NCBI RefSeq assembly: GCF_009914755.1
Contig: NC_060941.1
Source of the DNA: the human T2T-CHM13v2.0 reference genome, Homo sapiens
DNA: 64,000 nucleotides
Reading direction: 5' to 3' (one strand)
The notes under the pieces are model-generated. The model was not told the origin of the DNA. It saw nothing but the letters and a program-made list of their open reading frames with translations, and ran no database searches. The position numbers and the translations under genes were made by a program. Shown here piece after piece: positions 1-16,000 of the stretch; positions within the stretch are counted from its first letter, which is position 1; each line of letters begins with the position of its first letter.

Positions 1-3000
1 TAGAAATAGAATGGAATGGCATCAAATGGATTAGAATGGAATGGAATGGACTTGAAAGGAATGGTCTAGAATGGAATGGAATGGACTTGAAAGGAATGGT
101 CTAGAATGGAATAGAATGGAATGGAATGGACTGGCATGAAATGGACCAAAATGTAATGGACTCGAATGGAATGGACTCAAATAGAATGGACTCGAAAATA
201 ATGATATCAAATGGAATTTATTCGGAAGGAATGGTATCGAATGGAATGCAATTGTATGGAATGGAATCGAATGGAATGAAAGTGAATGGAATGGACTGGA
301 ATGGAATGGACAGGAATAGAACAGACTCATATGTAACGGATTTCAATGTAATTAATTCGAATGAATAGAATGGAATGGAGTCGAATGGAATGGAATCTAA
401 AGGAATGGTATCGGATGAAATAGAATTGAATGGAATCAAAAGTAATAGAATGGAATTGAGTGTACCGGAAAGATATCAAATGGAATGGAATGGAATGGAA
501 TGGAATCGACACGAATGGAATGGACTGGAATTGAAAGGACTTCAATGGAATGGGCTGGAGTGGAATTGACTCGAATAGAATGGACTGGACTAGAGTGGAC
601 TCGTATGGAAGGGATATAACCGGTATGGAAAGGAATGGAATGGAATGGAAAGGAATAGAATGGAATGGAATCAGACGGAATGGAATGGAATGGAATGGAA
701 TGGAATGGAGTCGAATGGAATAGAATAGAAAGGAATGGCATCAAATGGAATTTACTGGAATGCAAAGGAATGGAATGGACTTGAATGGAATGCACTGGAA
801 TGAAATGGACGCGAATCTAATGGACTGGAGTGGAATGGACTCGAATGGTATGGAAACGAATATAATGGAATGGAATGGGGTGGAAAAGAATGGAATGGGA
901 TGGAAAACAATAGAATGGAATCGGATGGAATGGAATGGAATGGAATGAAGTCAAATGGAATAGAATAGAATGGAATGGCATGGAATGGAATGGACTCGAA
1001 TTGAATGGACCCAAATCAAATAGAATAGAAAGGAATGACATCGAATTGAATAGAATGGAAAGCATGGGACTCCTATGGAATGGACTGGAAAGGACTGTAT
1101 ACGAAAGAAATGGACTGGAAGAAAATGGAATCGAACAAATGGGAATCAAACAGAACAGAATGGAATGCAATGGAATGTGAAGGACCCGAATGGAATAGAG
1201 TCAATTGGAATGGAATCGAATGGAATGGAATAGAATGAAATGGAATTGAATGGAATAGAAAGGAATAGAATCTAATGGAGTGTAATGGAAAGATATCTAA
1301 TGGAAAGGAATTGAATGGAGTCGAATGGAATGGACTGGAATAGAATGGACTCGAATGGAATGGACTGAAGAGGAACATACTCGAATGCAATGGAAACGAA
1401 TATGGAAAGGAATAGAAAGGAATGGAATAGGAAGGAATGGAATGGAATGGAATGGAGTCGAATGGAATACAATCGAATGGAATGGCATCGAATGCAATGG
1501 AATGGAATTTAATGGAATGGCATCGAATGGAATGGAATGGAATGGACCCAAATGTAATGGACTCGAATGGAATGGACTCAAATAGAATGGACTCAAAAGG
1601 AATGGTCTTGAATCGAATATATTTGAATAGAATGGAATTTAATGGAAAGCAATAGTATTGAACGGAAATGAATGGGACAGAATCGAATGGAATGGACAGG
1701 CATAGAATGTACTGGAATAGAAAGGACTCGAATGTAATGGATTGCAATGTATTTGATTTGAATGGAATGGAATCAAATGGAATGTTATCAAATGGAATGG
1801 AATGGTATGCAATGGAAAGGAATAGAATGCAATGAAATGGAATGGAATGCCATGGAATCGAGAGGAATGGAATTGAATGGAAAGGAATCGAATGGAATGG
1901 ACTGGAATGGAATGGACTGGAATGGAATGGACTCAAAAGGAATGCGCTGGAAGAAAATGGAATCAAACTGATTGGAATCGAACGGAACGGAATGGAATGG
2001 AAAGGAATAGAATGGATTCGAATGGAATGGAATCGAATGAAATGAATTGAATGGAATTGAAAGGAATGGAGTGCAAAGAAAAGATACCAAATGGAATGGT
2101 ATGGAATGGAATTGACTCAAATGGAATGTAATAGAATGGAATGGACTCGAATGGAATTGACTGGAGTAGAATGGACTTGAATAGAATGGACTGTAGTGGA
2201 ATTGGCTCGAATGGAATGGAATAAAACGGAATGAAATGGAATGGAAAGGAATACAATTGAATGGAATCGGATGGAATGGAATGGAGTGGAATGAAGTCGA
2301 TTGGAATATAATCGAATGGAATGACATCAAATGGAATGGAATGGATTTGAATGGATTGGACTCAAATGAAATAGAATCGAATGCAATGGAATTGAATGGA
2401 ATTAAATGTAATGGAATGAAATGGAATTGACCCAAATGTAATGGACTCGAAAGGAATGGACTCAAATAGAATGGACAAGAAAGGAATGGTTTCGAATGGA
2501 ATTTATTCGAATAGAATGGAATCGCATGGAATGCAATAGTATGGAATGGAATCGAATGGAATGGACTGGAATAGAATGGACTGGAATAGAAAGGACTCGA
2601 ATATAATGGATTGCAATGAAATTGCTTTGAATGCAATGGAATCGAATGGAATGTATTCAAATGGAAAGGAATGGTATGCAATAGAATAGAATATAATGGA
2701 ATGCAAAGGAATCGAATGGAGTGGAATCGAGTGAAATGGAATTGAATGTAATGGAATCGAATGGAATGGAATTGAATGGAATGGAATTGAATGCAATGGA
2801 ATTGAATGGTGATGAAAGGAATACAATGGAATAGATTGTAATGGAAAGATATTGAGTGAAATGCAATGGACTCGAATGGAATGGACTGGAATGGAATGGA
2901 CTCGAATGAAATGGACTGGAGTGGAATGGACTCAAATGTAATGGAAACGAATGGAATGGAATGGAATGAAATGGAAAGGAAGAGAATGGAATGGAATCTG

Positions 3001-6000
3001 TTGGAACAGAAAGGAATTGAATGTAGTCGAATGGAATAGAATTGTATGGAATTGCAATGGAATTGCATCAAAGAGAATGGAATGGAATGGAATGGAATGG
3101 AATGAAATGGAATGGAATGGACTCGAATACAATGGTCTCGAATTCAGTAGAATCGAATAGAATGGAATGGAATGGAATGGAATGGAAACAATTGTAATGG
3201 ATTCGAATGGAATGGACTCAAATAGAATGGACTGGAAAGGCATGCTCTCGAATGGAATTTATTGAATTAGAATGGCATCTAAAGGAATGCAATAGTATGG
3301 AATGGAATCCAATGGAATGGAATCCAATGGAATGGAATGGAAAGGAATGGACTGGAATAGAACAGACTCGAATATAATGGATTCCAAACTAATTGATTTG
3401 AATGGAACGGAATCGAATGGAAAGTAATCAAAAGGAATGGAATGGAATGCAATGGCATGGAATAGTATGAAATGCAAAGGAATGGAATGGAGTGGAATTC
3501 AGTGGAATGGATTCGAATGCAATGGAATCGAATGGAAGGGACTGGAATGGAATGGACTCGAATGGAATGGACTGGAACATAACAGAATCCAATGGATAGG
3601 AATCGAATGGAACGGAAAAGAATGGAATGGAATTGAATGGACACGAATTGAATGCAGTCGAATGGAATGGAATCAAATGGAATGGAGTCGAATTGAATGG
3701 AGTTGAATGGAATCGAAAGGAATAGACTGCAATGGAGTGTAATGGAATGATATCGAATGGAATGGACTCGAACGGAAAGTACCGGAGTGGAATGGACTCA
3801 AATGGAATGGAAACGAATGGAATGGAAAGGAATAGAAGGGAATGGAATCGGTTGGAACAGAATGAAATGGAATGGATTCGATTGGAATAGAATCGAATGA
3901 ATTGGCATCGAATGGAATCAAATGGAATCGAATGAAATGGACTCGAATGGAATGGCATCGAATGGAATGGAATGGAATGGAATGGAATGGACCCAAATGT
4001 AATGGACTCAAATAGAATAGACTCGAAAGGAAAGGTCTCGAATGGAATTTATTCGAATAGAATGGAATCGTATGAAATGCAATAATAATGAATGGAATCG
4101 AATGGATTAGAATCGAATGGAATGGACAGGAATAGAATGGACACGAATGTAATGGATGGCAATGTAATTGATTTGAATGGGATGGAAATGAAAGGAATAT
4201 AATCCAATGGAATTGAATGGTGTGCAATGGAATGGAATAGAAAGGAATGCAATGGAATGGAATGGAGTGGAATCCAGTGTAATGGAATCGAATGGAATGG
4301 AATTGAATGGAATGGAATCGAATGGAATGGAGTGGAATGGAATGGACTCGAAGGGAATGGACAGTAACAAAATGTTATCGAACAGATTGGAATTGAACGG
4401 AACAGAATGGAATGGAATGAAATGGAAAGGAATAGAATGGAATGGATTCGAATGGAATGGAACAGAATGGAATGGAATGGAATGGAATCAAAAGGAATTT
4501 AATGGAATGGAGTGCAATGGAAAGATATCAAATGGAGTGGAATGGAATGGAATGGAATCGAATGGAATAAACTGGAATGCAATGGACTCAAATGGAATGG
4601 AGTGCAGTGCAATGGACACGAATGGAATGGAAACGAATGGAAAGGAATGGAATGGAAAGGAATAGAATGGAATGGAATAGGTTGGAAAGGAATATAATGG
4701 AATGGAATAGGTTGGAACGGAATGGAATCGAATGGAGTCGAATGGAATAGAATTGAATGGAATGGCATCGAATGGATTGGAAAGGAATGGAATGGAATGG
4801 ACTCTAATGGAATGGATTCGAATGGAATAGAATAGCATGGAATGGCAGCGAATGCAATGGAATGAAATGGACCCAAATGTAATGGACTCGAATGGAATGG
4901 ACTCAAATGGAACGGACTCGAAACAAAAGGTCTCGAATGGAATTTATTCAAATAGAATGGAATCAAATGGAATGCAATAACATGGAATGGAATCGAATGT
5001 AATGAAATCAAATGGAATGGACTGGAATGGAATGGACTGGAATAGAACGGACTCGAATGTAATGGATTACAATGTAATTGATTCTAATGGAATGGAATCA
5101 AATGGTATTTAATCAAAAGGTATGGAATGGAATGCATTGGAAAGGATAGAATCTAATGCAATGGAATGGAACGGAGGGTAATCGAGTGGAATGGAATGGA
5201 ATGGAATGGAATCGAATGGAGTGGAATGGAATGGAATGGAATGGACACGAAAGGAATGGATTGGAACAAAATGGAATCAAAAGGATTGGAATTGAATGGA
5301 ATGGAATGGAATGGAATGGACTCAATTGGAATGCAGTCGAATGGAATGGAACCGAATGAAATGGAATTGAACAGAACGGAATTGAATGGAATCAAAAAAT
5401 GGAATGAATTGGAGTGTAAAGGAAAAATATCGAAAGGAATGGAATGGAACGGAATGGACTCGAATGGAAAGGACTGGAATGGAATGGACTCGAATGGAAT
5501 GGAGTGGAGTCGAATGGACTCAAAAGGAATGTAAACGAATAAAAAGGAATGGAATGGAAATGAATACAATGGAATGGAATCAGATGGAATGGAATGGAAT
5601 GGAATGGAGTCGAATGGAATAGAATCGAATGGAATGGCATCGAATGGAATGGAATGGACTAGAATGGAATAGAATCGAATGGAATGGCATCGAATGAAAT
5701 GGAATGGAATGGACTCGAATGGAATAGAATAGAATGGAATGGCATCGAATTTATTGGAATGGAATGGAATGGACTCCAATGGAATGGTCCAGAATGGAAT
5801 AGAATGGAATGGAATTGAATGGGATGGAATGGCCCCAAATGTAATGGACTCGAATGGAATGTACTGAAACAGAATGTACTCGAAAGTAATTTTCTCGAAA
5901 GGAATTTATTTGAATAGAATGGAATCGTATGGAATGCAATAGTATGGAACGGAAAAGAATGGAATAGAATCGAATGGAATGTACAGGAATGGAATGGACT

Positions 6001-6585
6001 GGAATAGAATGGTCTCGAATGTAATGGATTGCAATGTAATGGATTTGAATGGAATGGAATAGAATGGAATGTAAACAAATGGAATGGAATGGTATGCAAA
6101 GCAATGGAATAGAAAGGAATGCAATTTATTGGAACGGAGTGGAATCGAGTGAAATAGAATCGAATGGAATGTAATTGAATGGAATGGACTGGAATGGAAT
6201 GGAGTCGAATGGAATGGACAGGAACAAAATGTAATCGAACGGATTGGAAACAAACAGAACGGAATGGAATGGAATGCAATGGAATAGACTCGAATGGAAT
6301 GGAGTCGAATGGAATGGAACTGAATGGCATGTAATCGAATGGAATGGACTGGAATGGAATGGAGTCGAATGGAATGGAGAGGAACAAAATGAAATCAAAC
6401 GGATTGGAATCGAACAGAACGGAATGGAATGGAATGCAATAGAAAAGACTCGAATGGAGTGGAGTCGAATGGAATGGAACCGAATGGAATGTAATCAAAT
6501 GGAATGGAATTGAATGGAATCGAAAGTAATACAATGGAAGGGAGAGTAATGGAAACATATAGAATGGAATGGAATGGAATGGAAT

Positions 6586-7075
6586 GGACTCGAATGGAAT
6601 GGACTTGAATGGAACGGAATCGAATGGAACGGAATGGAACGGAATGGATAGGAATGGACTCGAATGGAATGGACTGGAATGGAACGGAATGGACTGGAGT
6701 GGAATGGACTCGAATGGAATGGAAACGAATGGAATGGAGTGGAATGGAATGGAAAGGAATGAAATGGAAATGAATAGAATGGAATGGCATCAAATTGACT
6801 GGAATGGAATGGAATGGAATGGAATGGAATGGACTCGAATGGAATGGACTTGAATGGAACGGAATCGAATGGAATGGAATGGAATGGAATGGATAGGAAT
6901 GGACTCGAATGGAATGGACTGGAATGGAACGGAATGGACTGGAGTGGAATGGACTCGAATGGAGTGGAAACGAATGGAATGGAGTGGAATGGAATGGAAA
7001 GGAATGAAATGGAAATGAATAGAATGGAATGGCATCAAATTGACTGGAATGGAATGGAATGGAATGGAATGGAAT
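6586..7075 (+). repeat. Near-identical 245-bp tandem duplication within HSat3
   Basis: Landmarks recur exactly 245 bp apart: GGACTCGAATGGAATGGACTTGAAT at 6586/6831 and CAAATTGACT at 6791/7036. About three mismatches by eye. ORFs 6569 and 6814 in the track show the same offset. Confidence 0.9.
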
Positions 7076-10000
7076 GGAATGGACCCAAAGGAAATGGACT
7101 CGAATGGAATGGACTCAGATAGAATATACTCTAAAGGAATGGTCTCAAATACAATTTATTCGAATAGAATGGAATCGAATGGAATGCAATATTATGGAAT
7201 GGAATTGAATGGAATATAATAGCATGGAAAGTATAGGAATGCAATGTACTAGAATAGAACGGACTCGAATGTAATTGATTGCAATGTATTTGATGCGAAA
7301 GGAGTGAAACAAAAGGGAATGTAATCAAATGGAATGGAAAGGTATGCAATGGAATGGAATAGAATGCAATCAAATGGAATGGAACGTAGTAGAATCGAGT
7401 GCAATGGAAATGAATGGAATGGAATCAAATGGAATGGACTGGAATGGAAAGACTCGAATGGAATGGATTGGAACAAAATGGAATCAAACGGAATGGAATG
7501 GAATAGAATGGAATGGACTCGAATGGAATGGGCTCGAATGAAATGGAATTGATTGGAATGGAATCGAATGAAATGGAGTTGAATGGAATCAAAAGGAATA
7601 GAATGGAATGGAGTGCAATGGAAAGATATTGAATGGAATGGAATGGAGTGGAATGGAATGGACTACAATGGAATGGACTTGAAGGGAATTGACTGGAGTG
7701 CAATGGACTCGAATGGAATGGACTGCAGTGGAATGGAAACAAATGGAACGGAATGGAATGGAATGGAATGGAATGGAATGGAGTGGAATGGAGTCGAATG
7801 GAATGGTATCAAATGGAATGGAATGGAACGGAATGGAATGGATTCAAATGGAATGGACTCGAATGGAAGAGAATCGAATGCAATGGAATTGAATGGAATG
7901 AAATGGAATGGAATGAATTAGAATGGACCCAAATATAATGGACTCGAATGGAATGGACTCAAATAAAATGGACAAGAAGGAATGGTCTCGAATGGAATTT
8001 AAGCAAGTAGAATGGAATCGCATGGAATGCAGCAGTATGGAAAGGAATCAAATGGAATGGAATCAAATGGAGTGGACCAGAATGGAAGGGAAAGGAATAG
8101 AAAGGACTCGAATATACTGGATTGCAAGGTAATAGATTCGAATGGAATGGAATTCAATGGAATGTAATCAAATGGAATGGAATGAAGTGCAATGGAATGG
8201 AATAGAATTCAATGCAATGGAATGGAAAGGAGTGGAATCGAGTGGAATGGAATCAAATGGAATGGAATCGAATGGAATTTAATCGATGGAATGGACTGGA
8301 ATGGAATGGACTCGAATGTAATGGATTGCCATGTAATTGTTTCGAATGGAATGGATTTGAATTGAATTATACAAAATGGAATGGAATGCAATGGAATGGA
8401 ATAGAATGCAATGCAATAGAATGTAACAGAGTGGAATTGAGTGGAATGGAATTGAGTGGAATGGAATTGAAAGGGATGGACTGGAATAGAATGGACTCGA
8501 ATGGAATGGACTGAAACAAAATGGAATGGAATGGATTGCAATAGGAAGGAATGGAATGGAATGGAAAGGAATGGATTCGAATGGAATGGTGTCAAATGGA
8601 ATGGTGTCGAATGGAATGGAATCAAATGGAATGGATTCAAACGGAAAGTATTTGAATGGAATTGAAAGGAATATAATGGAATGGAGTATAATGGAAAGAT
8701 ATCACATGGAATGCAATGGAATAGAATGGAATGGGCTCGAATGGAATGGACTGGAATGGAATGGACTGCAGTGGAATGGACTCGAATGACTTGACACGAA
8801 TGGAATGGAATGGAAAGGAATAGAATGGAATGGAATCGGATGGAATGGAATGGAACGGAATGGAGTGGAATGGAATGGAATTGAGTCAAATGGAAAATAA
8901 TCGAATGGAATGGCACCGACTAGAATGTAACGGAATGGAATGAAATGGAATAGAATGGAATGCAATGGAATGGAGTGGAATTGAGTGGTATGAAATCGAA
9001 TGGAATGGAGTCGAATGGAATGGAGTGGAACAAAAATGGAATCGAATGTATTGGAAATGAACTGAATGGAAAGGAAGGGAATGGAATGGTCTCGAAATCA
9101 AAGGAGTCGAATGGAATGGAATCGAATGGAATGGACTGGAAAGGAATGGATTCCATTGGAAAGGACTTGAACAAAATGGAATCGAACAGATAAGAATTGA
9201 ACGGAATGGAATACAATGGAATTGAAGGGACTCGAATGGAATGGCTTTGAATGGAATGAAATTGAATGGAATCGATTGTAATTAATACAATGGAATGCAG
9301 TGTAATTGAAAAATATCGAATGGAATGGAATGGAATGGACTCGAATGGAATGGACTCGAATGGAATGGACCAGAGTGGAATGGACTAGAATGGAATGGAA
9401 ACGAATGTAATGGAATGGCGTGGAAAGTAATACAATGGAATGGAATGTAATCTTATAGAATGGAGTGGAATGGAATGGAGTCAAATGGAATGGCTTCGAA
9501 TGGAATGGAATGGAATTGAAGGGAATGGACTCGAATTGAATTGATTCGAATGGAATGGCATCGAATGGAATTGAATGGAATGGAATGGACACAAATGTAA
9601 TGGAATCGAATGGAATGGACTCGAATAGAATGAAATCGAAAGGAATGGGTTTGAATGGAATTTATTTGAATAAAATTGTTTCGTATGGAATGCAATAGTA
9701 CAGAATGGAATAGAATGAAGTGGACATGAACGGAATGGACTGGAATAGAACAGACTCGAAGGTAAAGTATTGCAAGGTAATTGATTTGAATGGAATGGAA
9801 ACAAATGGAATGTAATTACATGGAATGGAATGGAATTGCATGCAATGGAATGGAATAGAAAGGTATGCAATGGAATGGAAAGGAGTGGAAATGTGTGGAA
9901 TGGAATCGAATGGAATGGAGTCAAAAGCAATGGACTGGAATGGAATGGACTCGAATGAAATGCACTGGAACAAAATGTAATCGAACAGATTGGAATCGAA

Positions 10001-13000
10001 TGGAACAGAATGGAACGGAATGGAATGGAATGGAATAGACTGGAATGGAATGGAGTCGAATGGAATGGAACAGAATGGAATGGAATCGAATAAAATGGAA
10101 TTGAATGAAATCGAAAGGAATAGAATGGAATGGAGTATAATGGAAAGATATCGAATGCAATGGAATGGAATGGACTCGAAAGGAATAGACTGGAAAAAAT
10201 GGACTCGAATGGAATGGACTGCAACTGAATAGACTCGAATGGAATGGAAACGTATGGAATGGGATGGAAAGGAATAGAATGGAATGGAAAAGGATGGATC
10301 GGAATGGAAAGGAATGGAGTCGAACGGAATAGAATCAAATGGAATGGCATCGAACGAATTGGAATGGAATGGAATGGAATGGACTCGAATGGAATGGACT
10401 TGAAAGGAATAGAATAGAATGGAATGACATCTAATGGAAAGAAAAGAATTGAATGGAAAGTACCCAAATGTAATGGAATCGAATGGAATAGAATCAAATA
10501 GAACGGACTTGAAAGGAATGGTCTCGAAAGAAATTTATTCGAATAGAATGGAATCAAATGGAATGCAGTAGTATGGAATGGAATAGAATGGAATGTAATA
10601 CAATGGAATGGACTGCAATGGAATGGACTGGAATAGAACGGACTCACATGAAATGGATTGCAATGTAATTGATTCGAATGGAATGGAATTGAATGGAATG
10701 TAATCAAATGGAATGTAATTGAATGCATAGGAATGGTATAGAATTGAATGGAAAGGAAAGGAACAGAGTGGAATTGAGTGCAATGGAATCGAATTGAAAG
10801 GAATCGAATGGAATGGACAGGAATGTAATGGATTCGAATGGAATGGACTGGAACAAAAAGGAATGGAATGGATTGGAATTGAAAGGAATGGAATGGAATG
10901 GAATGGAATGCACTCGAAAGGAACAGAGTCGAATGGAATTCAATCGAATGGAATGGAATCAAATGGAATGGAATTGATTGGAATTGAAAGGAATGTAATG
11001 GAATGGAGCGTAATGGAAAGATATTAAATGGAATGGAAAGCAATGGACTCGAATAGAATGGACTGGAATGGAAAGGACTCAAATGGAATGGACTGGAGTG
11101 GAAAGGACATGAAAGAATGAAAACGAAGGAATGGAATGGAATGGAATGGAAAGGAATAGAATGGAATGGAATCAGATGGAATGTAATGGAAAGGAATAGA
11201 ATGGAATGGAATGAGATGGAATGGAATGGAATGGAGTCAAGTGGAATAAAATCGAATGGAATGGCATCGAGTGGAATGGAAAGGAATGGATTCGAGTTGT
11301 ATGGACTCGAATGGAATAGAATCGAATAGAATGGCATGGAATGGAATGGAATGGAATGGAATGGAATTCAATGAAGTGGAATAGAATTGAATGCCATGGA
11401 ATGGAATGGAGTGGAATCGAGTGGAATGGAATCAATTGGAATGGAATCGCATGGAATGGCATTGAATGGAGTACAGTTGAATGGAATGGATTGGAACAAA
11501 ATAGAATCGAACGACTTGGATTTCAACGGAACGGAATGGAATGGAATAGAATGGAATGGTCTCGAATGCAATGTATTTCGAATGGATTGGAATCAGATGG
11601 AATGGCATCAAATGGAATGGAATGGAATGGATTGGAATCGCAAGTAATGTACTCGAATGGAATATAATCAAATGGAATGGCATTGAATAGAAGGGAATGG
11701 AATGGCATGGAATGGATTAGAATGGAAAGCAATGGAATGGAGCGGAGTATAATCGACTTGTATGGAATTGAATGGAATGGAATCAAATGGAATGGAATAG
11801 AATGTAATTGACTGGAATGGAATGGAATCAAATGGAATGGAATGGAACAAATCGGAATCGAACCTATTGGAATCGAATGGAAAGGAATGGAATGGTCTCG
11901 AATGCAATGGAATTGAATGGTATGGAATCGAATGGAATGGAGTCAAATGGAATGGACTTGAGTGGAATGGACTGGAACAAAATGGAATCAAACAGATTGG
12001 AATCAAACAGAATGGAATAGAACAGAATGCAATGGAATGGACTCCAATGGAATGGAGTCTAAAGGAATGGAATCGAACGGAATAGAGTCGAATGGAATGG
12101 AATTGAATGAAATCGAAAGGAACAGAATGGAATGGAGTGTAATGGTAAGATATCGAGTGGAATGGAATGGAATGGACTGGAATGGAACGGACTCGAATGG
12201 AATGGACTGGATTGGAATGGACTCGAATGGAATGGAAACAAATGGAATATAATGGCATGGATATGAATAGAATTGATTGGAATTGGATGGAATAGAATGG
12301 ACTGGAATGGCAACATATGGAATGGAATGGAAGCGAAAGGAATGGAAACGAATGGAATAGAATGAAATGGAATGGCTTCGAATAGAATGGAATGGAATGG
12401 ACCCAAATGTAATGGACTCAAACGGAATGGACTCAGATAGAATGGACTCGAAAGGAATGGACTCGAATTGAATTTATTCAAATAGAATGGAATCGTAAGG
12501 AATGCAATTGTATGGAATGCAATAGAATGGAATAGAATCTAATGGAATTGACAGGAATGAAATGGACTGGAATACAGCGGACTCGAATGTAATGGATTGC
12601 AATGTAACTTATTTGAATGGAATGGCAACGAATGGAATGTAATAAAATGGAATGGAATGGTACGCAATGGAATGGAATAGAAAGGAATGCAATGGAATGG
12701 AACGGACTGGAATCGAGTGGAGTGGAATTGAATGGAAAAGATGTGAATGGAATGGAATCGAATGGAATGGACTGGAATGGAATGGACTTGAATGGAATGG
12801 ACTGTAAGAAAAGGTAATCGAACAGATTAGAATTGAATGGAACGGAATGGAATGTACTCGAATGCAATGGAGTCGAATGAAATTGAACCGAATGGAATGC
12901 AATCGAATGGAATGGGATTGAATGGAATCGAAAGGAACAGAATTTAATGGAGTGCAATGGAAAGACATCGAATGGAATGGAATGGATTCGAATGGAATGG

Positions 13001-16000
13001 ACTGGAATGGAATGGACTCAAATGGAATGGACTGGAGCGGAATGGATTCGAATGGATTAGAAACGAAAGGAATGTAATGGAAAGGAATAGAATGGAATGG
13101 AAATGGATGGAACTGAATGGAATTGAATAAAGTAGAATGGAATAGAATCAAATGGAATGGCATCGAATAGATTGGAATGGAATGTAATGGAATTGAATGG
13201 ACTCGAATGGAATATGATAGAATGGAATGGCATCAAATGGAATGGAATGGAATGAAATGGACTCAAATGTAATGGACTCAAATGGAATGGAATCAAATAG
13301 AATGGACTCAAAAGGAATGGTCTCTAATGGAATTTATTCGAATGGAATGGAATCAAATGGAATGCAATAGTATGGAATGGAATCAAATGGAATGGAATCG
13401 AATGGAATGGACCGGAATGGAATGGACTGGCATAGAACAGACATGAATGTAAAGGATTGCAATGTAATTGATGTGAATGGAAAGAAATCAAATGGAATGT
13501 AATCAAATGGAATGGAATGGAATGCAATGGAATGGAATAGAATTTAATGGAATGGAATGGAAGACAGTGGTGTAGAGTGGAATGGAATCAAATGGAAGGG
13601 AATTGAATATAAAGGACTGGAATAGAACGGATTTGAATGGACTGTACTGGACAATAATGGAATGGAAAGGATTTTAATTTAAAGGAATGGAATGGAATGG
13701 AATAGAATGGAATGCACTCGAATGGAATGGAGTTGAATGGAATGGAATCGAATGGAATGGAAACAAATGGAATGCAATCGATTTGAATCGAAAGGAGTAT
13801 TATGGAATGGAGTGTAATGGAAAGATGTCAAATGGTATGGAATGGAATGGAATGGACTCGAATGGAATGGACTGGAATGGTAGAGACTCGAATGGAATTG
13901 ACTGGAGGGGAATGGACACGAATGAATGAAAACGAATGGAATGGAATGGAATGGAAAGGAATAGAATGGAATGGAATCGCATGGAATGGAATGGACACGA
14001 ATAGAATGGACTTGAATGGAATAGAATCGAAAAGAATGGCATTGAATGGAATGGAACGGAATGAAGTGGAATAGAATGGAATGTAGTGTTATGGAGTGGA
14101 GTGGAATCGAGTGGAATGGAATCAAATGGAATGGAGTCGAATGGAATAGAATCGAATGGAATGGCATCGAATGGAATGGAACGGAATGGAATGGACTCGA
14201 ATGGAATGGAGTCGAATGGAATGGAATTGAATTCAATGGAATCGAATGGAATGCAATTGAATGGAATGGAATTGAATGGAACGGAGAGTAATTGAAAGAT
14301 ATCGAATGGAATGGAATGGAAAGGAATAGACTTGAATGGAATTGACTGGAATAGAATGGACACGAATGGAATGGACTGGAGTGAAATGGACTCGAACGAA
14401 ATGGAAACGAATGGAAAGAATGGAATGGAATGGAAAGGAATAGAATGGAATGGAATCAGATGGAACAGAGTGGAATGTAGACAAATGGAATGGAATCGAA
14501 TGGAATGGATTCACATGGAATAGAAACGAATGGAATGGCATCGAATGGAATGGAATAAAATGGAATGGAATGGAATGAAATGGAACCAAATATATTGGTT
14601 GCAAATGGAAGGACTCAAATAGAATGGAATCAAAAGGAATGGTCTCAAATGGAATTTATTTGAATACAATGGAATTGAATGGAATGAAATAGTACGGAAT
14701 GGAATCGAATGGAATGTACCAGAATGGAATGGACTGGAATAGAACAATCTCGAATGTAATGGATTGCAATGCAATTGATATGAATTTAATGGAATGGAAT
14801 GGAATGGAATGGAATGAAATGGAATGGAATGGAATGGAATGGAATGAAATGGAATGGAATGGAATGGAATGGAATGAAATAGAATGGAATGCAATGGAAT
14901 GGATCGGAACGGAGTGGAATCGATTGGAGTGGTTCCAATGGAATGGAATCGAATTAAATGTATTCGAATGGAATGGACTCGAATGGAATGGGCTTGGGAC
15001 AAAATGGAATCGAAAGGATTGTAATCGAACGCCCCGGAAAGGAATGGAATGGAATGAACTCGAATGGAATGTAATAGAATGGAATGGAATTGAATGGAAT
15101 GGAATTGAATGGAATGGAACTGAATGGAATGGAATTGAATGGAATGGAGAGTAATGGAAAGATATCAAATGGACTCCAATGGAATGGAATGGAATGGAAT
15201 GGACTCTGATGGAATATAATCGAAAGCAATGGCATTGAATGGAATGGAATGGCATGGAATGGAATGGACCCAAATGTAATGGACTAAAATGAAATGTAGT
15301 ACAATAAAATGGACTCAAAAGGAATGGTCTCGAATGGAATTCATTAGAATAGAATAAAATCGAATAGAATGCAATAGTATAGTATGGAATCAAATGGAAT
15401 GGAATCAAATGGAATGGACCGGAATGGAATGGACTGGAATAGAATGGACTCGAATGTAATGGATTGCAATGTAATTGATTCGAATGGATTGGAATCCAAT
15501 GGAATGTAATCAAATGGAATGCAATGGAATGGAAAAGAATGAAATGCAATGGAATGGAACGGAGTGGAATCAAGTGGAATGGAATCGAATGGAATGGAAT
15601 CGAATTGAATGGAACCAAACGGATTGGAATTGAAGGGAATGGACTGGAATGGAATGTACTCGAATGGAATGGAATGGAACAAAATGGAATCGAACGGAGT
15701 GGAATGGAATCGAATGGACTCGAATGGAATGGAATGGAACAAAATGGAATCGAACGGAGTGGAATCGAAAGGAACGGAATGGAATGGAATGGAATGGACT
15801 CGAATGGAATAGAGTCAAATGGAATGAATTTTAACGGAATGGAATTGAATCGATTGGAACTGAATGGAATCGAAAAGAAGAGAATGGAATGGAGTGTCAT
15901 GGAAAGATATCAAATGCAATGGAATGGAATAGAATGCACTCGAATGGAATGGACTGGAATGGAATGGACTCGAATAAAATGCACTGGAGAGGAATGGACT

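Noticed and set aside
9481-11337. Longest ORF (618 aa, minus strand)
   Set aside because: Low-complexity Ser/Ile/Pro/Phe/His translation of (CATTC)n. The common variants create stop codons mostly on the + strand, so long minus-strand ORFs are expected.
15030-15037. GC-rich blip CGCCCCGG
   Set aside because: It replaces one in-phase pentamer (GGAAC to GCCCC). It is too short to be an insertion or element and may be clustered mutation or a sequencing error.
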